A stretch of 53,612 bases of DNA from Candidatus Rokuibacteriota bacterium (GTDB lineage: Bacteria > JAUVQV01 > DATDCY01), in NCBI GenBank assembly GCA_031406795.1, contig JANOHV010000023.1, positions 1-53,612 on the forward strand, given 5' to 3'. A model generated the notes under the pieces. The model was not told the origin of the DNA and searched no databases. It worked only from the letters and a program-made list of their open reading frames with translations. The translations under genes and the position numbers were made by a program. Positions within the stretch are counted from its first letter, which is position 1, and the number at the start of each line of letters is the position of its first letter. Positions 39,181 to 48,140 of the stretch are shown here, piece by piece.

Positions 39181-39860
39181 ACGCGGCCGGCACCGCCCTG
39201 ATCATCGGCGCGCTCGGGCTCGATCAGACGGCTCTGGCCCAGGTGCTCTTTTCGCAGCCGCTGGTCGGCGGCGTCATCCTGGGCTGGAGCGCCGGCGAAC
39301 CCGCCTCCGGCCTGCTCGCGGGGGCCTTCTTCCAGTTTCTCTGCCTGACCGACCTGCCGGTTGGGGCAAGCATTCCCCCGGACACGGCGCTGGCCGGTCT
39401 GATCGGCGTCGCGACGTTCATCGCACTCGGCCACCCGCCCGGCTGGGGAGATCAAGCGCTCCTCGGGTTGCTGGCGACCGGGTTTCTGCCGTTGGCGGTC
39501 CTGGGCAGGCTGTTCGACGTGCGGGTGCGACGGGCCAATCGGCTCTGGACGCATCTTACGGAACGACTGCTGGAACAGGGGAGGTATCGCCTGGCCCAGG
39601 TGGCGGTGAACGGGGGACTGCTCTTCTTCTTCCTGCGGGCGTTCATCGTTGCCCTGGTTGTGCTCAGCGCGGTCGCGCTCTGGGATGGGGCCGGTCTGGG
39701 GCGGGCTACGGCGGCCGCTCCGGTTTTCGAGCTCTTCGCACGGTGCGTCCCGTTGATCGGGCTGGCGGCACTGCTGTCGCAGCGCCGTCGTCCCGACTGG
39801 CCCCTGTCGCTGGCGGCGGGTATCGCCGCCGGTGTTCTCTTCACGCGATCGGCGGTTTGA
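39177..39860 (+). CDS. PTS mannose-family EIIC-like
   Basis: LD..A..Q..FSQPLV, LPVGASIPPD; hydrophobic. Confidence 0.8.
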   Translation: MNAAGTALIIGALGLDQTALAQVLFSQPLVGGVILGWSAGEPASGLLAGAFFQFLCLTDLPVGASIPPDTALAGLIGVATFIALGHPPGWGDQALLGLLATGFLPLAVLGRLFDVRVRRANRLWTHLTERLLEQGRYRLAQVAVNGGLLFFFLRAFIVALVVLSAVALWDGAGLGRATAAAPVFELFARCVPLIGLAALLSQRRRPDWPLSLAAGIAAGVLFTRSAV

Positions 39861-39866
39861 CGCATC

Positions 39867-40616
39867 GTGGCGGGGAGTCTCGGCAGAAGCATCTTTTTCC
39901 GCAGTCTGCTCGTGCAGTCGTCGTGGAATTTCGCCGGGCTGCAGAACCTCGGGTTTTTCCTGATGACCTGGCCGGCGCTCGCGGACCGACGCCTCTCCGC
40001 GCCGGAGTTGCGCCGCGCCGGTGTGCGGAACCTGAGGAACTTCAACACGCACCCGTACTTCGCGGGCCTCGTCGCGGCTGCAGTGATCCGGCAGGAGCAG
40101 AGCGGCGCGAGCGAAGAAGCGGTCGAAGGGCTCAAGCACTCGCTGATGTGCGCCCTCGGGGCCATCGGCGATGAGTTTTTCTGGGCCACGCTGCGTCCGT
40201 TCGCCGCCCTGGTCGCGCTGCCGGCCGCGCTCGCGGGGGTGGTCTGGGCGCCGCTGGTGCTGCTTGCGGTCTATAATGTGCCGCATCTCGGCATCCGGGT
40301 GCTGGGAATCCGCGCCGGCCTGAGAGGGGCGGGCACCGTCGTCGGGCTGCTCCAGCGGCAGCCGTTGTCACGCGCGCTGCCGGCGCTGGGCGTCGCCACC
40401 ACGGTCCTGTGCGGGTTTCTGCTGGGGGCCTCGAGCCTCGACGGCACCTGGGGCGTGCTGCCCGGGCACGGGTTGGTCTCGGTCGGCGCGGCGGTCGCCC
40501 TCTTCCTGCTGCTGCTGGGCGTGCAGGGCCGGGGACTCCCCCCGGGGCGGTTGCTGGCCGGTCTTTCCGCGCTGGCAGCGCTGGCCGGGGTGGTGCGGGT
40601 GGTGAGCGCGCCATGA
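39867..40616 (+). CDS. PTS mannose-family EIID-like
   Basis: RSLLVQSSWNF..LQNLGF, FNTHPY, GAIGD.FFW. Confidence 0.85.
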   Translation: MAGSLGRSIFFRSLLVQSSWNFAGLQNLGFFLMTWPALADRRLSAPELRRAGVRNLRNFNTHPYFAGLVAAAVIRQEQSGASEEAVEGLKHSLMCALGAIGDEFFWATLRPFAALVALPAALAGVVWAPLVLLAVYNVPHLGIRVLGIRAGLRGAGTVVGLLQRQPLSRALPALGVATTVLCGFLLGASSLDGTWGVLPGHGLVSVGAAVALFLLLLGVQGRGLPPGRLLAGLSALAALAGVVRVVSAP

Positions 40617-40882
40617 TCCGCAAGGAGTTGCCGATCGTGAACAAACTCGGGCTGCACGCGCGCGCGGCCAGCCACCTGGTGAAGACGGCGTGCGACTTCA
40701 AGTCGCACATCACCGTCGAGAAGGGCGGCGCCAGCGCCAACGCCAAGAGCATCATGGGGCTGATGCTGCTGGCGGCCGCGAAGGGTCATAAGGTCACGGT
40801 GAGCGCCGACGGCGAGGATGAAACCGCCGCGCTGGCGGCCATCGAGGCGCTGATCTTCAACCGCTTCCACGAGGAGCAGTAG
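40613..40882 (+). CDS. ptsH: Phosphocarrier protein HPr
   Basis: NKLGLHARAA (His15), NAKSIMGL (Ser46). Confidence 0.95.
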   Translation: MIRKELPIVNKLGLHARAASHLVKTACDFKSHITVEKGGASANAKSIMGLMLLAAAKGHKVTVSADGEDETAALAAIEALIFNRFHEEQ

Positions 40883-40885
40883 ACG

Positions 40886-42667
40886 ATGGCGCATCAGCGA
40901 GTCAGCATCGTCGGCATCGGCGTCTCGCCCGGCATCGCCATCGGCCCGGCTTTCGTGCTGGAGAAGACCGATTACACAGCCCATCGCTGGGAAATTCCGC
41001 CGGGGAACGTCGCGAGCGAGGTGCGCCGTTTCCGGGCCGCCGTGGCTGCGGCGGTCACCCAGCTGCGAAAGTTCAAGCGCCGGCTCGCCCGGGATCTCGG
41101 CCCGCAGCACGTGTATATCCTCGACGCACACCTGCTGATGCTCAAGGACCGCATGCTGCTCGACGGCGTTGCGAAGATCATCCGCAGCGAGCGCGTGAAC
41201 GCCGAGTGGGCCCTCCAGCAGGTGATCGCGCGCTTCCGCGAGGCCTTCGAGTCGATCGAGGACGCCTATCTGCGCGAGAAGGCGGGGGACATGGAGGACA
41301 TCGGCCAGCGTGTGCTGCACAACCTGGTCGGCGCCACCCACGAGCAGGTCACGCAGATCCCGGAGGGCGTTATTGTCCTCGCCCGCGATCTCTCCCCGTC
41401 GGACACCGCCCAGATGCGCAAGGAGTGGGTGCTCGGCTTCGCCATCGACATGGGCGGGAAGACCTCGCACACCGCGATCGTGGCCCGTTCGCTCGAGATC
41501 CCGGCGATCGTCGGCCTCGAGGACATCACCAGCCGGGTCGCCAATGGTGACCCGCTGATCATCGACGGCAACACCGGCCAGGTCCACGTTCACCCGGATG
41601 AGGAGACCGTCCGGCACTACGAGACGCTGCGCCGCCGGTACCACCGCTACGACGTCGAACTGCACAAGCTGCGCGAGCTGCCCTCCGAGACGCTCGACGG
41701 GTACCGCGTCGGGCTCGAGGCGAACATCGAACTGCCGGAGGAGATCCCGTCGGTGCTCGAGCACGGCGCCGCCGGGATCGGTCTGTACCGCACGGAGTTC
41801 CTCTACTTCAACCGGAGCGACATGCCGACCGAGGAGGAGCACTACGGGCTCTACCGGCGCCTGATCGAGTCGATCCACCCGCGTCCGGCGACCATCCGCA
41901 CCTTCGATCTGGGCGGCGACAAGTTCATCTCGCAGGTCCCCCTGGCCAAGGAGATGAACCCCGCCCTCGGTCTGCGCGCGATCCGCTTCTGCCTGCGCGA
42001 GGTCACTGCCTTCAAGACGCAGCTCGCGGGCATCCTGCGGGCGAGCGCCCACGGGAAGCTGCGGGTCATGTTCCCGATGGTCTCCGAGCTGACCGAGCTG
42101 CTCCAGGCGAAGGAGCTCCTCGGCGAGGTGGCGCGCGAGCTGGACCAGCGCGGGGAACCCTACGACCGGGCCCTGCAGGTCGGCGTGATGATCGAGACGC
42201 CGTCCGCGGCGATCATCGCGGACATCCTGGCGCGCGAGTCGGACTTCTTCTCGATCGGCACCAACGACCTGATCCAGTACGCGCTCGCCATCGACCGGGT
42301 GAACGAGCACGTGGCCTATCTCTACCGGCCCCTGCACCCGGCGGTGCTGCGGATCATCCGGGAGACGGTGCGCGCGGCGCACACGCAGGGTATCCCGGTG
42401 GCGATGTGCGGCGAGATGGCCGGAGAGCCGATCCACACCCAGTTGCTCATCGGCATGGGCATCGACTCCCTGAGCATGAACGCCGTCTCGTTGCCCCGCG
42501 TCAAGAAGATCGTTCGAGCGACTCGGCTGGCCGATGCACTGCAGCTCGCCGCCGCGACCGCTCAGTTCAACACGGCCTGGGAGGTCGAGGAGTACGTCAA
42601 GGGCGAGATGACGCGGCGCTTCCCCGACGACATCACCGACGACGGGAGACAAATCTGCCTCATCTGA
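40886..42667 (+). CDS. ptsI: PTS enzyme I
   Basis: GG.TSHTAI.ARSLEIP, GIGLYRTEF, E.NPALGLRAIR, FFSIGTNDL.QY, CGEMAG. Confidence 0.97.
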   Translation: MAHQRVSIVGIGVSPGIAIGPAFVLEKTDYTAHRWEIPPGNVASEVRRFRAAVAAAVTQLRKFKRRLARDLGPQHVYILDAHLLMLKDRMLLDGVAKIIRSERVNAEWALQQVIARFREAFESIEDAYLREKAGDMEDIGQRVLHNLVGATHEQVTQIPEGVIVLARDLSPSDTAQMRKEWVLGFAIDMGGKTSHTAIVARSLEIPAIVGLEDITSRVANGDPLIIDGNTGQVHVHPDEETVRHYETLRRRYHRYDVELHKLRELPSETLDGYRVGLEANIELPEEIPSVLEHGAAGIGLYRTEFLYFNRSDMPTEEEHYGLYRRLIESIHPRPATIRTFDLGGDKFISQVPLAKEMNPALGLRAIRFCLREVTAFKTQLAGILRASAHGKLRVMFPMVSELTELLQAKELLGEVARELDQRGEPYDRALQVGVMIETPSAAIIADILARESDFFSIGTNDLIQYALAIDRVNEHVAYLYRPLHPAVLRIIRETVRAAHTQGIPVAMCGEMAGEPIHTQLLIGMGIDSLSMNAVSLPRVKKIVRATRLADALQLAAATAQFNTAWEVEEYVKGEMTRRFPDDITDDGRQICLI

Positions 42668-43506
42668 AGCGAGGAATCCCGATTCTGCTGTTTCTGGCGA
42701 CGGTGGTCACGACGCTTGGGGCTGGGAGCATGATGACCGGCGCCGACCCGATCGCCAATCCCGCCGCGCTGCTCGAGGGGATCCCGTTCTCTTCGGCGCT
42801 GCTGCTGATACTGCTGGCCCACGAGTTTTCCCACTACATCACCTCGCACCGGCACGGCGTCCGCGCCAGCCTGCCGATGTTCATCCCGGGGCCGCCGCTC
42901 GCCGGCACGTTCGGCGCGATTATCCGCATCGAGTCGCCGATTCCCGATCGTCGCTCGCTGCTGGAGATCGGCGTCTCGGGGCCTCTCGCCGGCTTCCTCG
43001 TCGCGCTGCCGCTCGCCGTCGCCGGCCTGCGGCTCTCGCACGTTTCCGTGCAGGCCGCGGCGGCGGCGGGCCAACCTGGCGCCGGCCTGGGCATCGGGCT
43101 GGGGGATTCGCTGCTGTTCTCGCTGCTGGAACGGCTGGTGGTCGGGCCGTTGCCCCCCGACGCCTCCCTGGTGCTGCACCCGGTGGCATTCGCGGCGTGG
43201 ATCGGCTTCCTGGTCACCGCGATCAACCTGCTGCCAATCGGCCAGCTCGATGGCGGGCACATTCTGTACGCGTTGGCGGGGTCCCGTCAGGAGGGGATCT
43301 CGCGGGGGATTCTGCTCGTCCTGGCGCCGCTCGGGTTTCTGTGGTGGGGCTGGTTTCTCTGGGGCGGTCTGCTGCTGCTGCTCGGCCCGCGTCACCCGCC
43401 GGTGCTCGAGGAAGGGTCGATCCTGGGATTGCGCGAGCGCGTGCTGGGGGCTATCGGCGGCGTCCTGCTGGTGCTGACGCTGGCGCCGGCGCCGTTTACC
43501 GCATAG
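42664..43506 (+). CDS. Site-2 protease (M50) family membrane metalloprotease (probable CTG start overlapping ptsI stop)
   Basis: LAHEFSH (HExxH), GPLAG, NLLPIGQLDGGH. Confidence 0.9.
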   Translation: MKRGIPILLFLATVVTTLGAGSMMTGADPIANPAALLEGIPFSSALLLILLAHEFSHYITSHRHGVRASLPMFIPGPPLAGTFGAIIRIESPIPDRRSLLEIGVSGPLAGFLVALPLAVAGLRLSHVSVQAAAAAGQPGAGLGIGLGDSLLFSLLERLVVGPLPPDASLVLHPVAFAAWIGFLVTAINLLPIGQLDGGHILYALAGSRQEGISRGILLVLAPLGFLWWGWFLWGGLLLLLGPRHPPVLEEGSILGLRERVLGAIGGVLLVLTLAPAPFTA

Positions 43507-43529
43507 CGGCGCGCGGCGCGCTTCGCCGG

Positions 43530-46223
43530 CTACTCGGCTTCAAGGGCGCTGCAACGCAATTCGGCGTAGCCGCTGGCCTCGAGCGGAAAAGCCATCTGCT
43601 TCTCGATTCGGAAATCGGGCACGATCGGCCCGCTGTCCCGGGCGAGAACATACCCGTTGTCGGCGCCGATGACCTTGCCACCTTGTCCGACGGCTCGACA
43701 GTTGATCGTCACCGAGGAGGCGAAGGTGAAGGTGGTGTCATTCGTGTAACTGACGGTCGCCCTGACGCCGGACGCGGTCAGCTCCGAACTCAGCACGGTG
43801 ACCGTGCCGAAAAGGCTCTTGTTGCCCACCCGCGCGTCGCGCGCAGCGGGGCCCGCCGGTGTCCCGGGCCGCTCGGGGACGGGGGAGAGCTGCAGCGCCG
43901 CGGATTTCGGCTCGAACGTGGTGTTCACGATGCGGGGCGTGAGAAAGATCATCAATTCGGTCCGCGTGTTGCTCGAGGATCGCGACTTGAACAACCAGCC
44001 GAGGATCGGCAGCCGGGAGAGGCCGGGCACGCCGTCGTCGCTCGTGCTGTCCGTCTGCTGGAAGATGCCGCCGATGACGGACGTCTCGCCGTCGCCGACG
44101 AGCACCTTGGTCTCGGCGCCGCGCCGGTCGATCGAGAACATGTCGCCTTCCGTGGTGCTCACGGTCTGACCCGCGGAGGACTTCTCGATCTTGACTTTCA
44201 TGAAGACCCGTCCGTCGCTGGTGACGTTCGGCGTGACTTTCAGCAGGATGCCGACATCCTTCCACTCGACCGAGCGGTTGCCCTCGGTGTCAGTCTTGGG
44301 GACGGGCAGCTGGCTGCCGACGTTGATGTTGGCCTCCTCGTTCTGAATCACGAGAACTTTGGGGTTCGAAAGGATCTTCGTCTTGCCCAGCTTCTCGAGC
44401 GCCGAAAGCTTGACATCGAGGGAGAAGGTGTTCGCGATGTGACCGAGCGCGATCCCGACACCGCTGACGGCGCCCGTGGCCGGCAGATTGACCAGGTAGT
44501 TCCCCGGGTTGAGTCCATCCGTCCCCTGGGAGGCCGTCGGGTTGATGCCGATGGAGTTCGGGAACGCGAACTTGGTGGCATTCCCATGGGCGGCGTCGGC
44601 GCTGAAATTCGCCCCCCACTGGATGCCGATGGCGTCGGAATAGTCGCTCAGGACCTCGACGATCCTCGCCTCGACCATGACGGCCGACGTGGGCGACTCG
44701 AGGGCCAGGAACACCGCGTTCATCTGCTCGATGTTGTCGACGAAATCACGCACGAAGATTGTCTTGGAGCGCTCGCCGGCTTCGAAGACGCAGCCGTCCT
44801 TGCACCCGGAATAGAACTTCTCGAGGCGCGTCGCCACCTCCTTCGTATCCCCGTAGGAGACGACGAAGGTCCGCTCGAGCCAGCCCTTGCTGCGCTGGCG
44901 CTCCGATCGGACTTTCTCCAGTTGCTGTTTCTGGCTCTCGGCCTCGAACTTTCTCGAGAACTCGGCCTTTTCGAGCCCCTGCTTCTGTTCGGCCAAGGCC
45001 CGCTGAAGCTGTTCGAGCCGCCGCTTCTCGACCGCCGCCTGCTCGTCGAGCACGCGCTGCAGGGTGGTCACCCGAATGATCGACGCCGACTCGCCGATCT
45101 GGACCAGCGGGGGGATGTTCGTCCTGAGAATCAGGTCCAGCGCCTGGTCCCAGGGGACATCGTTCATCTTGACGCTGCGCTTGCCTTTCACGTCGTCGGT
45201 CGCCACGATATTCATGCCGGAGACTTCGGCGATCAGACGGAAGATGTCGGCGAGGTCGGCATCGATGAAGTCCAGGGTGATCTTCCGGCCGGTGTAGGAT
45301 CTGGGGAGGCTCGACGGGTCCGCGGAAGCTTCGGCGGGTGCGGCGGGGGGAGGGCCGGTGAGCGTCGACCCCGGGGTCAGCCGCGGGATGTCCGACGACG
45401 GGCGCGGTTCCCGCTTTGCGGCAACGGCGATGGTGAAATCGACATTCAGGCCGCTTGCGTCAGTGAACACGCGGAACGGCAGCGGTTCACGGAGGTCGAT
45501 GGCGATCAGGACCACCGCCGCTTCCGCAGATTCGGCCCAGGTGGAGATGCGCGTCACCGGGGCTTCCAGGGTCGAGAAGTCGCTGGTTCCACGGGAATCC
45601 GACGCCAGTCGGGCACCGTCGATGGCGACCGTGACCCGCGTGCGGTCGGCGGACTCCAGGACGCGATACGCAGGCTTCGCATCCGTCTTCACCGAGACGC
45701 GGAAGGCGCCCGCGAGCCGCGAGCCAGTGACTTCGACAACCCGGTTGAGCGTGGACTGGCCCGCGGAGGCAGCGAGTTGCGGTTTCGCGAAGTCGACCAC
45801 GATCCTGCCGTTCTCGCCGCGCACGGCAAACCCGTCGGGTCTCTTCAGCGCGAGCACGACCCGGGTGCCGGGCTCTTCACCCGTTTGCGCCGCCACCTGG
45901 ATGCGGCTGACGTATTCGTCGACCAGTTCCTGTTCGGCAGGCCAGACCGTGCTGGCGGCGCCGGGGATGTCGATGGCCAGGCTCTTGCCCGCGATGACGA
46001 AGTATTCATACTTCAGATCGCTGTCGCCGCTGATGACGATCCGCGTGCCGGCTTCGCTCTTGACCACCCCGATCGACGTCACGAGAGGCTGGCGGGCGGC
46101 GGCGGACTCCGCCGGGGACGCGAGCGCAGGCGAGAGTTCCTCGGCCCGGACTCCTGGGCCCCGAACCGGGAAGCCGGACAGCAGCAAAAGCAGAGCAAGA
46201 ACAGACAACGAGCGTCGCAGCAT
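43530..46223 (-). CDS. pilQ: Type IV pilus secretin PilQ-like with AMIN domains and an extra C-terminal domain
   Basis: Signal peptide, AMIN-like repeats, YTGRKITLDF..ADL..IFRLIAEVSG.NIV, DVPWDQALD, VMVEARIVEV, VPGLSRLPILGWLFK, ELMIFLTPRIV; GGAGG upstream. Confidence 0.88.
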   Translation of the reverse strand: MLRRSLSVLALLLLLSGFPVRGPGVRAEELSPALASPAESAAARQPLVTSIGVVKSEAGTRIVISGDSDLKYEYFVIAGKSLAIDIPGAASTVWPAEQELVDEYVSRIQVAAQTGEEPGTRVVLALKRPDGFAVRGENGRIVVDFAKPQLAASAGQSTLNRVVEVTGSRLAGAFRVSVKTDAKPAYRVLESADRTRVTVAIDGARLASDSRGTSDFSTLEAPVTRISTWAESAEAAVVLIAIDLREPLPFRVFTDASGLNVDFTIAVAAKREPRPSSDIPRLTPGSTLTGPPPAAPAEASADPSSLPRSYTGRKITLDFIDADLADIFRLIAEVSGMNIVATDDVKGKRSVKMNDVPWDQALDLILRTNIPPLVQIGESASIIRVTTLQRVLDEQAAVEKRRLEQLQRALAEQKQGLEKAEFSRKFEAESQKQQLEKVRSERQRSKGWLERTFVVSYGDTKEVATRLEKFYSGCKDGCVFEAGERSKTIFVRDFVDNIEQMNAVFLALESPTSAVMVEARIVEVLSDYSDAIGIQWGANFSADAAHGNATKFAFPNSIGINPTASQGTDGLNPGNYLVNLPATGAVSGVGIALGHIANTFSLDVKLSALEKLGKTKILSNPKVLVIQNEEANINVGSQLPVPKTDTEGNRSVEWKDVGILLKVTPNVTSDGRVFMKVKIEKSSAGQTVSTTEGDMFSIDRRGAETKVLVGDGETSVIGGIFQQTDSTSDDGVPGLSRLPILGWLFKSRSSSNTRTELMIFLTPRIVNTTFEPKSAALQLSPVPERPGTPAGPAARDARVGNKSLFGTVTVLSSELTASGVRATVSYTNDTTFTFASSVTINCRAVGQGGKVIGADNGYVLARDSGPIVPDFRIEKQMAFPLEASGYAELRCSALEAE

Positions 46224-46314
46224 CACCGGCAAACACGCCTCCGTACGCAGGAGTTGGCTCTCGCACATCCATTTCAAGGTGGCGCGCACCCCACCCGCGG
46301 AATAAATGTGCGAC

Positions 46315-46343
46315 ATCTTTGCGTGGCAGGCCGCTATTGTCAA
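46315..46343 (-). promoter_or_regulatory. Putative sigma70 promoter for pilQ
   Basis: Minus strand TTGACA-17 nt-AAAGAT. Confidence 0.4.
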
Positions 46344-46376
46344 GTATTCTGTGCCGCTCTGCGGTATCCTTCCCCC

Positions 46377-47363
46377 ATGCGCTACCGCCTCGCGATCGAG
46401 TACCAGGGAACTCGCTACCACGGGTGGCAGGGGCAGCAGAACGCCCGCACGGTACAGGGGGAACTGCTGCGGGCCGCGCGCGAGCTGTTCGGCGTCGCGG
46501 TCGACCTCCAGGGGGCCGGGCGCACCGACGCCGGCGTGCACGCCCTGGGTCAGGTCGCCCACCTCGAGACCCCGCAGGCGCTCGCCGGGGATCGGCTGGT
46601 CTACGGGCTCAACGATCTGCTGCCGCAGGATATCAACATCCTTGCCGCCCAGCCCGTCGACGAGCGCTTTCACGCCCGCCACCACGCCGTGGGGCGCTCG
46701 TATCTCTACCAGATTTCTCGCCGACGCACCGCATTCGGCAAACCCTTTGTCTGGTGGATCAAGGACAGCCTCGACATCGAGGCCATGCGCCGGGCAGCCA
46801 CGGGGCTCCCGGGCATGCGGGATTTCGCCGGTTTCACCGACAAACGGGTCGAGAAGGACACCTCGACGATGGTCCTGGTGCAGCAGGCGGTTCTCGTCGA
46901 AGCCGGGGATCTCATCCTGGTACGGCTGCGGGCGTCGCATTTTCTCTGGAAGATGGTCCGGCGTGTCGTCGGCTGTCTCGCGGGCGTCGGGCGCGGGGAG
47001 ATCAGCGTCAGGGAGTTCGAGGGTCTTTTCGCCGGCCCTTCGCCGTACCCGGCCAAGGTCACGGCACCCCCCTCGGGCCTGTTCCTGGAGGAAGTGATCT
47101 ACGCGCTCGAGGAGTTCCGCCGGCCGCTGGAGCCCGTGTTGGGGGTTTCGCACGCCCAGGGCGCCGTCTCCGCGCCCACCTCGGCGATCGGGGAGAGAAA
47201 CGACCGCTTGCGGGAGAAGCCCCGAGCCGCGCTCGATCGAGTCGGGGGAGATCGGCAGCACCACGTCCCCGCGGCGCAGGCGGTGCCGGACAATGCGGTG
47301 ACGGCCAGGCCGGCCCGGAAGGGGTGGAGAACGAAAAAGGGATCAGGGCGGTCGTCACGGTAG
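46377..47363 (+). CDS. truA: tRNA pseudouridine(38-40) synthase
   Basis: EYQGT.YHGWQ, GAGRTDAGVHALGQVAH, FHAR, FLWKMVR, TAPPSGLFL; low-complexity C-terminal tail. Confidence 0.94.
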   Translation: MRYRLAIEYQGTRYHGWQGQQNARTVQGELLRAARELFGVAVDLQGAGRTDAGVHALGQVAHLETPQALAGDRLVYGLNDLLPQDINILAAQPVDERFHARHHAVGRSYLYQISRRRTAFGKPFVWWIKDSLDIEAMRRAATGLPGMRDFAGFTDKRVEKDTSTMVLVQQAVLVEAGDLILVRLRASHFLWKMVRRVVGCLAGVGRGEISVREFEGLFAGPSPYPAKVTAPPSGLFLEEVIYALEEFRRPLEPVLGVSHAQGAVSAPTSAIGERNDRLREKPRAALDRVGGDRQHHVPAAQAVPDNAVTARPARKGWRTKKGSGRSSR

Positions 47364-47391
47364 CGGAGAGGCCGCCTCTTTTCAGCGGCCG

Positions 47392-48132
47392 TTACGGGGC
47401 GGGGAGGGCGAGCAGTTTCAGGCGAAAGTGCCGCTTGCGGGGCCCCTCGATCTCCAACGCGCACTCCCCGGGGATGGCCATTGCCAGCGTTCGCGGCGCG
47501 GCGAAGGCGACTTCGATCGCCACCCGGTCCCACGATTCGAGCACCAGCGGTTGCGAGCGGTCGGGCCAGGCGGGCATCTGGCAGCGGTAGGAGGAAGGCG
47601 CCGCTTCGAGACGCAGCACGCGAACCGGTTCTGCCCGACGGTTCGTGAGCATCACCACGCTCTTTAGCAGGGCGCCCGGGCGCACGTCATCGAAAGCCAC
47701 CACCCCCGGCTCGAAGTCGATTTCGAGCTCGACAAGCGCCTTGACGCGCAACGTCACGCTCCGGCGGACCGGGTCGTCGGAGCGGACCTCGACCTCCTTG
47801 ACGATCTCCCCGGAAAAATTCTCCGAATCGAATACGACGTGTATCCCCCCCCGGGCACCGGCGGGCACCAGCGTGGCCGAAAGCATCGCCGTCGTGCAGC
47901 CGCAGGTCGGCTCGACCTGGAGAATCCGCAGGTCGGCGCTCCCGCTGTTGGTGAACGAGAATACGCAATCCGGCTTCTCGCCCTGGGCCACGCTACCCAG
48001 TTCGCACGTCTCGCTCTCGAACGTGATGGCGGGGGTCGAGCCGATCGCGCCGGCCGGCGAGTCGGTCAGGACCGCGCACGCGACCAGCAGCGCGGGAATC
48101 AGGAGCGAGCGCCTGGAGTTCCGAAATGCCAC
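47392..48132 (-). CDS. DUF1573 domain-containing exported protein
   Basis: Signal-like N-terminus, F.FTN.G...L.I..V..TCGCT motif; GTG start at 48132. Confidence 0.8.
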   Translation of the reverse strand: MAFRNSRRSLLIPALLVACAVLTDSPAGAIGSTPAITFESETCELGSVAQGEKPDCVFSFTNSGSADLRILQVEPTCGCTTAMLSATLVPAGARGGIHVVFDSENFSGEIVKEVEVRSDDPVRRSVTLRVKALVELEIDFEPGVVAFDDVRPGALLKSVVMLTNRRAEPVRVLRLEAAPSSYRCQMPAWPDRSQPLVLESWDRVAIEVAFAAPRTLAMAIPGECALEIEGPRKRHFRLKLLALPAP

Positions 48133-48140
48133 GGTCCAGC

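Noticed and set aside
43197-46376. 1388-aa plus-strand ORF 43197-47363 and the 1244-aa extent of the minus-strand ORF
   Set aside because: Antisense shadows of pilQ and truA in high-GC DNA; only 46377-47363 (+) and 43530-46223 (-) have recognisable motifs.
47369-47391. GGCCGC/GCGGCC hairpin containing TTTTCAGCGGCC, resembling a family B end
   Set aside because: Only about 12 nt of similarity in GC-rich DNA; could be a simple hairpin between convergent genes.
47890-47910. Possible Sec in the DUF1573 CGC motif
   Set aside because: Both positions are ordinary TGC codons; no in-frame TGA.
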